A stretch of DNA of 64,000 bases from a virus (lineage: Duplodnaviria; Caudoviricetes): IMG/VR virus record IMGVR_UViG_3300031998_000077, positions 1,359 to 65,358 of that record, one strand, 5' to 3'. Below are positions 26,873-36,645 of the stretch, piece after piece; position 1 is the stretch's first letter; the number at the start of each line of letters is the position of its first letter. The notes beneath the pieces are model-generated. The model did no database searches. It had not been told where the DNA came from and was given only the letters and a program-made list of their open reading frames with translations. The translations under genes were made by a program, and so were the position numbers.

Positions 26873-28099
26873 ATGGATATAGAAAGCCTATTGCGTGATA
26901 TAAACTTGATACTGACAGAAAAGGAAATCAAGGTTATGCCTCCACGCACAGTAAAGGATGAAAAATACCTCAAAAAGGACGAAAGCGGAGTATGGCATCT
27001 TGTCTTTCGCGTTCCCGCCCGCTTCGGCGGAAAACTTATCCGCCAGTCGCTTTTCACGAAAGATTTTGCCGTCGCCTCTTCAATCCGTGATCGCTTCGTC
27101 GTTCCGGTTCTCGCGCTCAACTCCGGCATCCATGCGCTCGAAGAGATCGGACGCTCAATCATCGCCGCAGAGGGCGAGGCCGTAGATCATCTTTCCTCGC
27201 TCACCAGCATAATAAACGCATCGGACGGAATCACGCTCGCCGCCGCCGGAGATCGCTACGTCGAATACATGAACACATCGGCGAAATACCGCCCGAACAC
27301 CATCATCAAATACACCGAATACGTCCGGCTCGTTTCTCAAATCATCGGCGGCGGGAAACAGGTTGCACACCTCACGAAACAAGATGCAATCCATCTTCGG
27401 GACACCCTCATCAAGCAGGGCAAAGGCGCGACCACCGTCTTTCACGTGTTCAGCATCATGCGCTCGTTTCTCCGCTGGTTGAACCGCGAGGGCATCATTT
27501 CCAGCCGCTTTGTCATTGAGAACTTCACGATTGACCTCCCGCAAGTACACAAAGTCAACACGCCAATCATTCCCCCGTCAAAGGCGGATGAAGCAATGCG
27601 CGCCCTGCCGCGCTGGACGTTCATTCCGCGCATTCTCCGCTACACCGGGATGCGCGTCGGCGAGGTTGAGGCGTGTCTTGCCGGGTTCCAAAAATGCGGC
27701 ATCGTCGAGGTCGAGGGGTACAGATGCTTCAAAATCTCGAAAGAGTTCTGCAAGACCTACGATGACCGCTACGTCCCGATCTGCGACAAGCTCGCGCCCT
27801 ACATGACCGGAAAGGCCGTCGAAGAAGCGGCGGCGCGCTGTAGAATCGCCGAAAACGGGCGGCGGCGCGAATCTACGGGGCAGAAAAAGTATAACCGGGC
27901 TGTAAAGCGGGTTCCGGGCTGTGAAACGTGCAAAGTCCATTCTTGGCGCGTCTACGCGCAGACCATGATGCTTGAAGCGGGCGTAGACGAATCAATCGTC
28001 AAGCGAATCATCGGACACAAAGACAAGGGGAACGTGCATTACGGGTACACCGCCGCGCGCATTGAAGCGATGAAAAAAGCCCTCGACCTCATCCCGTGA
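26873..28099 (+). CDS. int: tyrosine integrase
   Basis: RYTGMRVGE, K, HSWR, IIGH, YGY catalytic residues. Confidence 0.93.
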   Translation: MDIESLLRDINLILTEKEIKVMPPRTVKDEKYLKKDESGVWHLVFRVPARFGGKLIRQSLFTKDFAVASSIRDRFVVPVLALNSGIHALEEIGRSIIAAEGEAVDHLSSLTSIINASDGITLAAAGDRYVEYMNTSAKYRPNTIIKYTEYVRLVSQIIGGGKQVAHLTKQDAIHLRDTLIKQGKGATTVFHVFSIMRSFLRWLNREGIISSRFVIENFTIDLPQVHKVNTPIIPPSKADEAMRALPRWTFIPRILRYTGMRVGEVEACLAGFQKCGIVEVEGYRCFKISKEFCKTYDDRYVPICDKLAPYMTGKAVEEAAARCRIAENGRRRESTGQKKYNRAVKRVPGCETCKVHSWRVYAQTMMLEAGVDESIVKRIIGHKDKGNVHYGYTAARIEAMKKALDLIP

Positions 28100-28106
28100 A
28101 GATCGG

Positions 28107-28134
28107 TTGACTTTCCCTGTTTTCATGCTATATT
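28107..28134 (+). promoter_or_regulatory. promoter TTGACT-16-TATATT with extended TG
   Basis: Upstream of the isolated gene at 28164. Confidence 0.7.
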
Positions 28135-28163
28135 AAAAAATCCCCACCTCCGAAGAGAACAAC

Positions 28164-28535
28164 ATGGAAAACGAGCTACAAGAACTTCCTTTCCCGGCAT
28201 CGGAATACACCGTGAACGGGTCATTGCTTGAAGACCTCCGCTACCTCAAAGGTAGTTGCGACGGCCTCGAATGGCTCATCATTTACGAACACCGGAAGCT
28301 GTGGCTCGCCTATCAGGACACCATGCTGTATTGCAAGGTCGTAATCTTGACCGAAGAGGGCAGAAAGCTCGCCGAGTTCGGCAAGCAAAAGATTTTCGCC
28401 CATTGCAACCTCCGGGACGCGCACGAAACAATGCTTTTCTGCCGGGGAATCTGCCTTGCGATCAGCAAATGGGATGACGCTCACCCGCGAAAGCCAGCTC
28501 CGCACCCGGAGTTCGACCACGCGGAAGAACTGTAA
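28164..28535 (+). CDS. moron-like hypothetical protein
   Basis: Own promoter; convergent with the tail gene. Confidence 0.7.
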   Translation: MENELQELPFPASEYTVNGSLLEDLRYLKGSCDGLEWLIIYEHRKLWLAYQDTMLYCKVVILTEEGRKLAEFGKQKIFAHCNLRDAHETMLFCRGICLAISKWDDAHPRKPAPHPEFDHAEEL

Positions 28536-28538
28536 CGG

Positions 28539-31103
28539 TCAGTTATTGAATCTGCTGTTGATCTGATCCCACGCATAGCTTCTGTAGTCCGAAACATCGT
28601 CCGCGTAGGCTGAAATGACGGTGTAGCTCGTGTAAAGAGTTGCCGCGCTGTCTATGGAAATTGCGCTCCCGGAAACAATCAAATCCGCGATCTTATCACA
28701 ATAGCCGGACGCTTCTTGTGAGGCTGAACTTGCCATATCAACATACATCGTCCCCCCGGTTATTCCAAGCGTAACGAGGGCGGCGTTTGTTGCGGATGCA
28801 GAGGTGTAGTAGGCATGGGCGGAATCGGCGTAATCGCTTGCATAACTGCTTTGCCCGGCGGCGGAATCTCCACAACTCGAAACATTGTCATAGCAGTAAT
28901 AGACGGAATCAACAAAATTGCTCATTTTGCCGCTCCATACGTCGCCCACGTCCATTGTTGCGCTTGCCGCATCGGAAGTTGCCTCACCCATTGCAGAGGT
29001 GTAATAGGCCGATGCTTGAATCCCTCCGTTCGACGCATAGGTAAAGCAAGCCGTTGCTCGATCAAGCCCCGAAGTTGCAGATTGAATACAGGATGCGGCA
29101 CTGTAGTATTGAGCCGCCGCAGAGTTCTTGAATCTCAATGCGGATTCCGTCAATACTTGCACCTCATAAACGTCTACATCGTCGCTGGCCGGGTGCTTCG
29201 CCGGGGTACATGCTCCGTCAAACCAAACACGTGTCTGTCTCAATGGAGCTTCAACATAAAATTTGCTGTTCTTGGCTATTGGAATCAACCATGTCATAGC
29301 GTTTCTGCCGTAGCCCAAACCGATTTTGTACTGTTTGTCTCCGTTCGTGATGTAAATAGCCAAGCACGAACCATCAGAAAAGGTCGAGACGCGAACCCAG
29401 CCATCTTCCGTGGCCGTGTAGGTGCAACACGGATATAATAGTTCGTCCTCTCCTTCCAGTTTGGAATAGTCCGGGCAACGGATTCCGCTTCCACCGCCAC
29501 CACCGCCAATATAGGAGATCACGCCGTTTTCAACTTTGATCGTCGTACCGTCCCCGGTCAAGTTTTGGAATGTGCCGAACCTGTAGAGGGGGAATGCCTC
29601 CGCCCATTGATTTGATGAACCGGAGTACAGCCGGAGGCATTCGCCTTGATGCGCTCCGTCATCCAAAACGCTGATTCTCACCCAGCCGTTGACCGTAGGC
29701 GTAAATGAAGTATCGTTTGAAAGAACATGCGCCGTCCCGCCTGTAACGCCGACGCTCGGCGCGAATTTTGCGAAACAATCAACCCCGGACGGAGCATAGT
29801 ATTTGATTGCCACGTTCGCTTTTGCGGGAAGCAGAAACGTTGTGCCGATGCCGACCGATGCCGCAGGAGACGGTACGCCCTCCGGGATTGCGCTCAACGT
29901 GGCGTAATCCGGGAAACCGATTTCCCCTAAAGCTCCGGCAATCGCGGAAACAATGAGCTTGTTTGGCGTTTCGGGGTTTGTGCTTGGGACAACGGAAATC
30001 GTGGTGTTGTCGCCCTCAATGTCTGCGGCAATAACGTGTGTTTGCCCGTCCGTCCCACCTGTAATTGAAATGCCGAAGCTGGGGATGAACCGCCCGCCGT
30101 CATAAGAACCGAACCGGAAAAGTGGCAAAGCGTCCGTCCAGTCGTTCCCATCAACGCTGAACCGCAGACACGCGCCCTCATGCGCGCCGTTATCAAGGAC
30201 GCTGATTCTCACCCACCCCGCCGATGTCGTAGTCCATGCTACGCCCTCGCGGAGACGGTGATAAGTATGTACGCCGGATGCCCGGAAAGGCGGCGCAAAG
30301 ATCGCCTCGTCGATACATTCGGGGTAAGAGGTCATGTACTTAATTGAAGCCCCGGATGGAACAGGCAAAAGGTAGGTTACTCCGATTCCGGTATGCGTGT
30401 AGGTGCTTCCCGTAGTTGCTACGGATGTTTCCGTTTCTTCGTCGTTTTCCGGCGGAACATACGGATCAATCTCTGTTCCGTTTCCGGCAAGGGCATAATA
30501 ATCCGGGTAGCCGATTCCTATATCCGAAACGTTCACATCAAGCGAAACCTCGCCAGTCCCGGAGGGAGGCACTACAGAAACGCGGTTGCTTGCCGCACGG
30601 ATTTTCGTTACCCCTCTTGCGGTGAACCGGATGTCTCCGTACTGAATCTGCCTCAAAGCCCCGCCGTGGTTTTCTGCCAGTTTCGTATAGAAAATATCGT
30701 CGGATTCCGTAGGGTCGGAGGATTGAGCAAAAAAAGTGTACTTATCCGTTCTTCCGTCGAGGTAAACGCCAAGCCACAGGAAATCTCCGTCAAGCATGGG
30801 CTGTGTGCTTGTGCCGGGCGTGGTATAGATCAGGCCGGGACATGTATCGCGGAATCCGTTTACAATAACATCGCCGGGATTACAGCTAATCCATATTTTG
30901 TTCTCGATCTCCGTATCGGGGTGGTCGGTATGTACGGCAAACGGGCCATTATACTTTGTCGGAATAATAGTCTCCGGCTCTTCCGGCATCGTCGGCAAAC
31001 GTGTCGAGCTTCCGCCGCCATCAGTCAGGTCGATAGACTTTCCGCCATTCAACACGCCTTTCAGCGCGGCCATTTGATTTTCATTCAGCACAGGAATCGG
31101 CAT
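28539..31103 (-). CDS. tail fibre/receptor-binding protein with three internal repeats
   Basis: Repeats (IG[YF]PDY...GWVRISVL) x3; Ser/Ala/Tyr-rich C-terminus; end of the tail module. Confidence 0.7.
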   Translation of the reverse strand: MPIPVLNENQMAALKGVLNGGKSIDLTDGGGSSTRLPTMPEEPETIIPTKYNGPFAVHTDHPDTEIENKIWISCNPGDVIVNGFRDTCPGLIYTTPGTSTQPMLDGDFLWLGVYLDGRTDKYTFFAQSSDPTESDDIFYTKLAENHGGALRQIQYGDIRFTARGVTKIRAASNRVSVVPPSGTGEVSLDVNVSDIGIGYPDYYALAGNGTEIDPYVPPENDEETETSVATTGSTYTHTGIGVTYLLPVPSGASIKYMTSYPECIDEAIFAPPFRASGVHTYHRLREGVAWTTTSAGWVRISVLDNGAHEGACLRFSVDGNDWTDALPLFRFGSYDGGRFIPSFGISITGGTDGQTHVIAADIEGDNTTISVVPSTNPETPNKLIVSAIAGALGEIGFPDYATLSAIPEGVPSPAASVGIGTTFLLPAKANVAIKYYAPSGVDCFAKFAPSVGVTGGTAHVLSNDTSFTPTVNGWVRISVLDDGAHQGECLRLYSGSSNQWAEAFPLYRFGTFQNLTGDGTTIKVENGVISYIGGGGGGSGIRCPDYSKLEGEDELLYPCCTYTATEDGWVRVSTFSDGSCLAIYITNGDKQYKIGLGYGRNAMTWLIPIAKNSKFYVEAPLRQTRVWFDGACTPAKHPASDDVDVYEVQVLTESALRFKNSAAAQYYSAASCIQSATSGLDRATACFTYASNGGIQASAYYTSAMGEATSDAASATMDVGDVWSGKMSNFVDSVYYCYDNVSSCGDSAAGQSSYASDYADSAHAYYTSASATNAALVTLGITGGTMYVDMASSASQEASGYCDKIADLIVSGSAISIDSAATLYTSYTVISAYADDVSDYRSYAWDQINSRFNN

Positions 31104-31107
31104 TGTT

Positions 31108-32208
31108 TCATCTCCATCTTTGCAGAACTTCGCGCGGAATACCAAGTTGTCTCCAGTTTTTGAAGCGGTATTCTTGGAACTCGATTTCGGGGTAAGGCTC
31201 CGTTCCGTCGAGGGCATCTGTGTTGATCGTGCCGTCAGGGTTCAGCGGAATGCTCTCTGCGTATTCATAGGGCAGTTGCGCCGGGCATCCGGTCGCGTCA
31301 TCATGTTCCGCAAGCCACGCCCGGTAAGTGCGGTTTGCCGTGTAGTACCCCTGTGCGTTCGTCAGTGTCGGCGTGGTTTCAAATTCCACGTCCGTTGCGC
31401 CGTAGATCGGCGCATAGTATTGGTAGATAAGCTCTGATTTGGTCGATTCCCCGAAGATCGCCCGGTTCCCCACGTCAAGCAGTCTGCGCCCCCAGCCGTT
31501 CGGGTTGTACCGGATTGTCATGTTGACCTGCGTGTACCGCCATTTTTCGGTAACTCCGTCATCTTGGTACGTTACAAGCCCCTCTGCGGAAAGCGAGGAC
31601 ATAAGCAGTGTTCCTTTGGGGAAAGTATGGCCGAACAGCTCTTGTGCATAGTCGTTCACCGTGCTTTGAAATTCATACACGCTCGCGGCATCAAAATCTT
31701 TGTCGTAGTAGGAGAACGAAAACTCCGGGAAAATATCGTTGGTGTTGGCATCAATGGGGTCTCCGGCTGAATTGAGTACGGGGACATTCAGCTTGTTGTC
31801 TGCCTCGTCTTTTTCGCCCTCACCGCTTCGGTTGTAGGCCATTTTGAAAGCGATTGCTTCCTCGACCGTGCCGAAAGAAACATTGAACGGCGGAAGTTTC
31901 CACGGATACTCCGCCGTGTCATCGAAAGCCCGCTGGTACACTGCGTCGATATAGAATTTGACGGATTGCTTATTCCAGTCATAGCAATTCCACTTTGCGC
32001 TCTTCATTACATACCGGGGATCATCGCTCATGCAAGAACCTTTTCGAGGAACGAGCGAAGTCAAATCCAGCACCGCTTTTCTGCGGTTTTCCTCGGTATT
32101 GTTCCGGATGGTGTAGATGAAATGCTTTGTGATCGTTCGTTTCCCGCTTTCATCCATGCTCCCCCCGTCGAGGAACGTCGTTGTTTCGAGATCAAAGTTT
32201 GATGCCAT
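31108..32208 (-). CDS. tail tip/baseplate-type structural protein
   Basis: Position after the chaperones; beta-rich composition. Confidence 0.55.
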   Translation of the reverse strand: MASNFDLETTTFLDGGSMDESGKRTITKHFIYTIRNNTEENRRKAVLDLTSLVPRKGSCMSDDPRYVMKSAKWNCYDWNKQSVKFYIDAVYQRAFDDTAEYPWKLPPFNVSFGTVEEAIAFKMAYNRSGEGEKDEADNKLNVPVLNSAGDPIDANTNDIFPEFSFSYYDKDFDAASVYEFQSTVNDYAQELFGHTFPKGTLLMSSLSAEGLVTYQDDGVTEKWRYTQVNMTIRYNPNGWGRRLLDVGNRAIFGESTKSELIYQYYAPIYGATDVEFETTPTLTNAQGYYTANRTYRAWLAEHDDATGCPAQLPYEYAESIPLNPDGTINTDALDGTEPYPEIEFQEYRFKNWRQLGIPREVLQRWR

Positions 32209-32274
32209 GATGCCGTTCTCCTAAAAAAAGAAACCGGAACAGGGGTGAGGTCGCAACCTGTTCCGGAACCAGTT

Positions 32275-32712
32275 TTACCCGGTTTTTTGAATTTGACAGG
32301 TGTCGTTATTTTGATTTTGACGTTGTTTCTTCCATTCCGGAATCTCGCCCGGCTTCCGTTGTTTCACAGTCCACCGCATTTGCTCCTTGGCCTTTTTCGC
32401 GTCGCCCTCGTAACTCGGCATGGAATAGATGAAATCCATAAAGTCGATATTTGACGGGAACGTTGCCGCGATTTGCCGGATTCCGATGCGCCGGATGTCC
32501 CAAAGCACTTTCAGTAGCGCATGAACTTGATTCCGCTTTATTTCAAGCTCCGTTTTCTTGTTCTCGAACGCCTCTTTATCTTCAATCCGCTCATCCGCTT
32601 CCAGCCAAATCACATCTTTCAGCGACAGCGGGAAAAGAGGCGAAAGATCGCCAGCTTTTCGGCAAACGTGAATCAGTCGCCCGTATTCACATCTGCCGTC
32701 TCGGAGTTTTTT
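32275..32712 (-). CDS. tail assembly chaperone GT extension (-1 frameshift product)
   Basis: A AAA AAC slippery heptamer at 32706-32712 connects to the open -1 frame. Confidence 0.7.
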   Translation of the reverse strand, partial: KKLRDGRCEYGRLIHVCRKAGDLSPLFPLSLKDVIWLEADERIEDKEAFENKKTELEIKRNQVHALLKVLWDIRRIGIRQIAATFPSNIDFMDFIYSMPSYEGDAKKAKEQMRWTVKQRKPGEIPEWKKQRQNQNNDTCQIQKTG

Positions 32713-33089
32713 TCTGCCGTCTCTGCCTCCTTGTTCTTTGCGGCGTAGAAATTGGACGTGAGAATCCAAACAGCGTTGTTGATTTTCACTGCGGTTGCCC
32801 GGTCATAGTTCATCAGCAGACGCGCTTCATATTCGGGCATGTCCGCGCCGTAGATCAGGGCGGTCAGACACGCCCTTGCCTCAAACTGGATGTTTTCGAG
32901 ATTGTTCAGGCCATTCTGCCCCCATGCGATCATACCCTCTCCGGAAATGGCATGGATTTCGAGTTTCTGAATGTTCGGGGTCTTTTCCCCGGTTTCCGGA
33001 TTGACGTTGAAATCGTCTTTGAGCTGAATTTCCAGCGTTTCTACGGGAAGCTCCACGGGCTTCAATCTGCTTAAATCAAGCGCGCTCAT
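32673..33089 (-). CDS. tail assembly chaperone (G)
   Basis: Immediately after the tail tube gene; slippery site near the 3' end. Confidence 0.75.
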   Translation of the reverse strand: MSALDLSRLKPVELPVETLEIQLKDDFNVNPETGEKTPNIQKLEIHAISGEGMIAWGQNGLNNLENIQFEARACLTALIYGADMPEYEARLLMNYDRATAVKINNAVWILTSNFYAAKNKEAETAEKNSETADVNTGD

Positions 33090-33161
33090 TTTAACCTCAA
33101 TTTTGTTTGATTTGGGCGCGCCTCAACAAGGGATTGAAACGCGCCCGGATGTTGGTGTCGA

Positions 33162-33563
33162 TCAGGAAGCGGCTCCGGACGGGAACGCGAACGTGATCGC
33201 CATTTCCGTGATGGGGCCGTCGATGTCGGCGGAAACCTCCGCCATTTCCGAGATCAGGGCGGAAGCGGAAAAACCGTCGCTCGTTTCGAGCGTGTTGATC
33301 GTTCCGACCTCTTTCGCGGCTTTCAGGTTCGTCCACACGGTCGGGTCGTACAGGACGCGAATCGTCATCGGTTGCAGGCTGTCTTTCGGGGTGTAGGACA
33401 GGTACGTCTTCACGTTGGTTACGACCTCCGTCTCACTCGCGGCGGTCAGGCCGGGGCGGAACGTATTGTTTCCGATCAATTGGAAATCATACGAACCCCA
33501 AGAGATGTAGGTGGTCTTCGCCTGTTGGAGCGACGCTTTCGCAGTCGGTTGCGTAGCACTCAT
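33162..33563 (-). CDS. major tail tube protein
   Basis: Size, position and C-terminal ITFAFPSG beta pattern. Confidence 0.7.
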   Translation of the reverse strand: MSATQPTAKASLQQAKTTYISWGSYDFQLIGNNTFRPGLTAASETEVVTNVKTYLSYTPKDSLQPMTIRVLYDPTVWTNLKAAKEVGTINTLETSDGFSASALISEMAEVSADIDGPITEMAITFAFPSGAAS

Positions 33564-33625
33564 GGTTGTTGTCTCCTTTGCGTTGACGGTTGAACACTAC
33601 AAAAACTCGCCGCGTCAACCAGTTT

Positions 33626-34069
33626 TCACACATTGTAGAGATACAGCGTGATCGCAACCATGCGCCGATACCATGTCGGGTCTTCCGGCGAAATCCCTCC
33701 GGCGGGCTTGTCGATGCTGGTGATTACCGCCTGTCTGCGGTTCTTTTGGTAGACGATGCTTTTCTCTCCGGTTACGGGCAGTTCCCCGCGAATCAGCCGG
33801 ATTGCTTCATCTGCCGCATCCGAACCTTTCGCCGCCTCACAGAACACCTCGTAATTCACGACGGCATATTGCCGGGCGGCGACGTTCGTCAGGACTTCTT
33901 CGCTTCCCTCGTTTACGCTCTCCCGAATCCAAATGCCATCGGACGGCTTTTGAAAGGCGGTGTTCGGCAGTTGCCACCGCTTTTTCATGTTTGAACCCAG
34001 CGCGGCGATCACGCGCCGCCGCATTTCGTTCCGGATGTCTTTCATCAGGTCGATAGGTTGTCTTGTCAT
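33626..34069 (-). CDS. tail terminator (DUF4128-like)
   Basis: WQLPNTAFQKP...WIRESV; position. Confidence 0.7.
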   Translation of the reverse strand: MTRQPIDLMKDIRNEMRRRVIAALGSNMKKRWQLPNTAFQKPSDGIWIRESVNEGSEEVLTNVAARQYAVVNYEVFCEAAKGSDAADEAIRLIRGELPVTGEKSIVYQKNRRQAVITSIDKPAGGISPEDPTWYRRMVAITLYLYNV

Positions 34070-34524
34070 TTCAGACCTCCGTCTTTGTTCGCCGCGATCT
34101 TCGCGTAAAGTTTGATGTCTTCTTTCACTTCCGGAATCACCGTCCGGAAAATACCTTGCGGGGCTTGTCTGCTGTGTCCGTTTTCGAGGGCTTCGGCATA
34201 CGGCAGGGAGTTCGACACGAAAATATCATCGTCCACTTGAAGCACAACGCCCTGCAATTGCTTTTCAGCCTTGGTTTCGTCGTACTGGTAGAACACCTTT
34301 TTTTCCTTGACGTATTCCTTGGGCGCGGGCGCGGCCACGTTGAAATCTATCCCGTTCACCGAACAATTGAAGCTCGCCCGGTATCGCCCGGTCAGAACAG
34401 GCGACCTCCGGGACAGCCGGGAGACGGCTGACAAGGCCACGCGCTTTTTGACGTAGCTTACCCGGTCGGGCGGGAGCTTCTGAAATTTGAGGACGGCGGA
34501 CAGATCGGACAGCTTGAAGACCAT
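34066..34524 (-). CDS. HK97 gp10-like tail completion protein
   Basis: SPVLTGRYRASF...NSLPYAEALENGHSRQAPQG. Confidence 0.85.
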   Translation of the reverse strand: MVFKLSDLSAVLKFQKLPPDRVSYVKKRVALSAVSRLSRRSPVLTGRYRASFNCSVNGIDFNVAAPAPKEYVKEKKVFYQYDETKAEKQLQGVVLQVDDDIFVSNSLPYAEALENGHSRQAPQGIFRTVIPEVKEDIKLYAKIAANKDGGLK

Positions 34525-34967
34525 TACACCGCCTCCGTCGCCTCGGATGCGTGTTTCAGGATGACAAGGTATGCGCCCGGTTGGTTGTTCTGCCAGTCTT
34601 GCGGGATGATTGACCGGATGCCGTAGGTGATACCCCCGAACGTGATCTTGTCTGCCCCCGGCGTGAAAATCCCGGTTCCCACGCTGAAAGCAATCGGCGG
34701 CTTTGCATTGGCCGCCACGTCGAGCAGGGACAGATAATCGAACGTGATGCTCATGTCCCCGCTGTGTACCAGCGCGTTGTCGATCAGCCTTTCCGTTACC
34801 TTTTCCGGTGCTGTGCAGTTCAGCGTGTAGGTTGCGCGGGTAACGTTCGTCTGCCCGCTTTCGAGGTCGGTTTCAATGGCCTCTTTCGTCAGCACACACG
34901 AATTGCGGAAGATTTTCAGCCGGGCGATCTTGCGATCAACTTTTTGCCATAACGTTTTTTTTGCCAT
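34524..34967 (-). CDS. head closure/stopper protein
   Basis: Neck-gene position; GDMSI, DKITFGG. Confidence 0.6.
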   Translation of the reverse strand: MAKKTLWQKVDRKIARLKIFRNSCVLTKEAIETDLESGQTNVTRATYTLNCTAPEKVTERLIDNALVHSGDMSITFDYLSLLDVAANAKPPIAFSVGTGIFTPGADKITFGGITYGIRSIIPQDWQNNQPGAYLVILKHASEATEAV

Positions 34968-35058
34968 GATGAAGCCCCTTTCTATAAGGAACCGTGCGCC
35001 GTCAACCTCTTTTTTCGCCTCACCCTCGATTTTTTTTGATTTTTTTTGATTTCTGCCC

Positions 35059-35086
35059 TTGCATTATGCCTTTTTGAGTGTATATT
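35059..35086 (+). promoter_or_regulatory. promoter of cassette 2 (TTGCAT-16-TATATT)
   Basis: Shares CTTTTTGAGTGTATATTA with the promoter at 115. Confidence 0.8.
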
Positions 35087-35155
35087 AGTTTACAGACAAG
35101 AAAAACGCAAACCAACACGAAAACCAGCGGCGGAAGCCGGAAAGGACAGGCCACC

Positions 35156-35323
35156 ATGAGAACAAAGAAATGCGAAATTTGGATGAACGGAAAGTATCTC
35201 GAAACTTGCCGCGACCGCGAAGCCGCCGAATTGCGCGTTGAACACTACAAGAGACAGGACGCGCACGAAGAACAAACCGGATATACCCCCGTCAAGACCA
35301 CCTACGAAATCAAACCCCGATAA
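35156..35323 (+). CDS. small hypothetical protein (cassette 2)
   Basis: GGAAAGGA RBS. Confidence 0.6.
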   Translation: MRTKKCEIWMNGKYLETCRDREAAELRVEHYKRQDAHEEQTGYTPVKTTYEIKPR

Positions 35324-35340
35324 GGAAAGGAACCCGAACC

Positions 35341-35784
35341 ATGAACGAAAAAATCAAAGAAATCGCAAAGAAGATTTTCGACCGCTACATCGCCGAAAGA
35401 ATTGAACGCTTTCCGAGCCTCGCCGCCCTCGACGTTGACGATCTTCTTATCGCGGCATCGTATCAGGCGCGAAAAGACAGCCTCTTGGAATACGACGAAG
35501 ACGAAGCCAGCGAATACAAGATGATGCGCGAACACGGCGCGCTGGAACAGATGGAACGCCTTTTCCTCGCCAACTACATTGAAGTCTGCTATATCGAACA
35601 GGGCGCGATCAAGAAAGGGACGGAATACCACCTCCAATGTCAGGCATTCGGCGATTGGGCGACGGAAACTTGCCTCGACGACTACGCCGACGAAGAAGCC
35701 ATGAAAGGGGAAATCGCCAACCTCATTTTCAGGGATAAGCAATATGACGCGTATTTCGGCCACCCGGCAACAATGGCAAACTGA
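35341..35784 (+). CDS. acidic hypothetical protein
   Basis: ORF with RBS. Confidence 0.7.
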   Translation: MNEKIKEIAKKIFDRYIAERIERFPSLAALDVDDLLIAASYQARKDSLLEYDEDEASEYKMMREHGALEQMERLFLANYIEVCYIEQGAIKKGTEYHLQCQAFGDWATETCLDDYADEEAMKGEIANLIFRDKQYDAYFGHPATMAN

Positions 35785-35807
35785 ACCAACGAAAGGAACC
35801 ACACACC

Positions 35808-36173
35808 ATGAACACCGCAACAGCAACCATCGAAGAAAACGTAATCGACCGGACAACTGCACTGGAATACGCCTTTTTGCTCACCCATGACCGGAGGAAC
35901 CCGGAAGGCTCGCTGTCTGCTTGCCTTGGCACAAAGGTCATCAGGCGCACGGAAACCGGAATCAAGTTTGATCTTCACGGCGCGGCTCACCGCGTTACAC
36001 ACTGCGCGCTCGACTACAAGGCCGGGCTTGACCTTTTCGAGCTGTCTTTCTATCGCGGGGACAAACTGGTCGAATGCTTTTCGTTTCTCTACAACGACCA
36101 AATCCGCCCCATGTTCGAGGAATACACCGGGCTGGTAACGTCTGTCCCGCGCTGTCTCGGCTTCATCAACTGA
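35808..36173 (+). CDS. hypothetical protein (LY.DQ...FE..TGL type)
   Basis: ORF with RBS. Confidence 0.7.
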   Translation: MNTATATIEENVIDRTTALEYAFLLTHDRRNPEGSLSACLGTKVIRRTETGIKFDLHGAAHRVTHCALDYKAGLDLFELSFYRGDKLVECFSFLYNDQIRPMFEEYTGLVTSVPRCLGFIN

Positions 36174-36190
36174 CGAAAGGAACCACCGCC

Positions 36191-36373
36191 ATGAAAAAGA
36201 ATTGCAATTCCTGTGTGCATTTCAAAACGACCGGGCTGTATTCCGGAGATTGCAAACTGCACGATCAACCGACGCATTTCAACAACGTGTGCCGGGAGTA
36301 TGAAAAGAACAAAGACCTCGAAAGCCGCCTTGCCGAAATGGAGCTTGCCCTTGTGGGAAAAAAGGGCAAATGA
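36191..36373 (+). CDS. small CxxC..C..C protein
   Basis: CNSCVHF...DCKLH...VCREY. Confidence 0.65.
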   Translation: MKKNCNSCVHFKTTGLYSGDCKLHDQPTHFNNVCREYEKNKDLESRLAEMELALVGKKGK

Positions 36374-36390
36374 ACCAGCAACCACCGAAC

Positions 36391-36426
36391 GCCGCCGGGA
36401 ACCGCCCGGCGGCAAAAGGAGACACC
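36391..36426 (+). repeat. 36-bp hairpin+RBS element, identical to 970..1005
   Basis: Exact match by eye. Confidence 0.9.
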
Positions 36427-36642
36427 ATGAACGACCACGAAAACAAACAGCTTGCCGCCGATCTTCTCGACAGAATCAAGCACGGCGACACCCCGGACGG
36501 CGCGATTTGCGATCTTCTGTATGACGGGAGCGAAAAGGCCGATGTAGAAAAGGCCGTCGCGTTCCTCTTGCAGTTTTTGGCAGATCACACCTACATGCCC
36601 TCTTTCAAATACCAAATCGGCCTCGAAAAGAAAGGAGCCTGA
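36427..36642 (+). CDS. acidic small protein
   Basis: Follows the hairpin-RBS element. Confidence 0.65.
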   Translation: MNDHENKQLAADLLDRIKHGDTPDGAICDLLYDGSEKADVEKAVAFLLQFLADHTYMPSFKYQIGLEKKGA

Positions 36643-36645
36643 ACC

